34,193 nucleotides of DNA from a virus. Taxonomy: Duplodnaviria > Caudoviricetes. The first letter of the stretch is position 1; every line of letters begins with the position of its first letter. The translations under genes and the position numbers were made by a program. The stretch lies in IMG/VR virus record IMGVR_UViG_3300007516_000067, positions 1 to 34,193 of that record; one strand, given 5' to 3'. The notes under the pieces are model-generated. The model ran no database searches. It had not been told where the DNA came from and saw only the letters and a program-made list of their open reading frames with translations. Positions 34,044 to 34,193 of this stretch are shown piece by piece.

Positions 34044-34192
34044 TCTGTTGGGTCCTTTGATGAGTTCATTGTACGATACGGGTTCCAAGTTCGGAGACGA
34101 GAACCACAGCCGGAACAGCTACTTTCGTCCTTGCCGAAGACGATGAACTTCCCCGTAATCGTCGTCAGATACGACTCGGCTTTGCCACCTTT
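34040..34192 (-). CDS. 3' end of a hypothetical protein (truncated at window edge; absent from ORF track)
   Basis: Open frame ...FIVFGKDESSCSGCGSRLRTWNPYRTMNSSKDPTE*, with its stop overlapping the next ATG. Confidence 0.65.
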   Translation of the reverse strand, partial: KGGKAESYLTTITGKFIVFGKDESSCSGCGSRLRTWNPYRTMNSSKDPTE

Positions 34193-34193
34193 G

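Noticed and set aside
34044-34088. 5' extension of ORF 33753..34088
   Set aside because: Overlaps the upstream partial CDS; the ATGA-coupled start at 34043 is more plausible.
1-34193. tRNA/rRNA genes, integrase, transposase, terminase
   Set aside because: None recognised; intergenic gaps are short and show no cloverleaf. The terminase probably lies beyond the right edge.

Overview
The window is a single minus-strand virion morphogenesis operon of a long-tailed dsDNA phage. Its gene order and motifs resemble actinobacteriophages that use separate hexamer and pentamer capsid proteins (mycobacteriophage cluster B-like layout). GC looks roughly balanced by eye, so a low-GC (possibly freshwater) actinobacterial host is inferred, not shown. 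In transcription order (right to left): partial small ORF, DUF1360-like membrane protein, portal, 208-aa head-associated protein, a giant 5731-aa multi-enzyme protein (17.2 kb, half the window), 117-aa protein, ~1550-aa multidomain prohead protease, major capsid (hexamer) with acidic scaffold-like N-terminus, second capsid (pentamer-like) protein, major tail protein, head-tail adaptor, two tail completion proteins, tail assembly chaperone pair with a probable -1 frameshift, and tape measure (runs off the left edge; missing from the ORF track). The giant protein sits where MuF/head-morphogenesis genes usually sit. It carries two WYL-like domains, two HipA/PI3K-like kinases, a DEDDh exonuclease, a UvrD-like SF1 helicase, ~40 pentapeptide repeats, one clear and two candidate ADP-ribosyltransferases, and an ADP-ribose Nudix hydrolase. 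The head proteins share a recurring [ILV]-x-A-[AS] motif at domain boundaries (candidate maturation cleavage sites) and a Q-x-R-D-x-x-G-[RK]-F motif. Together these suggest a virion-packaged, protease-processed effector polyprotein. All domain calls are by motif recognition, with no database search.
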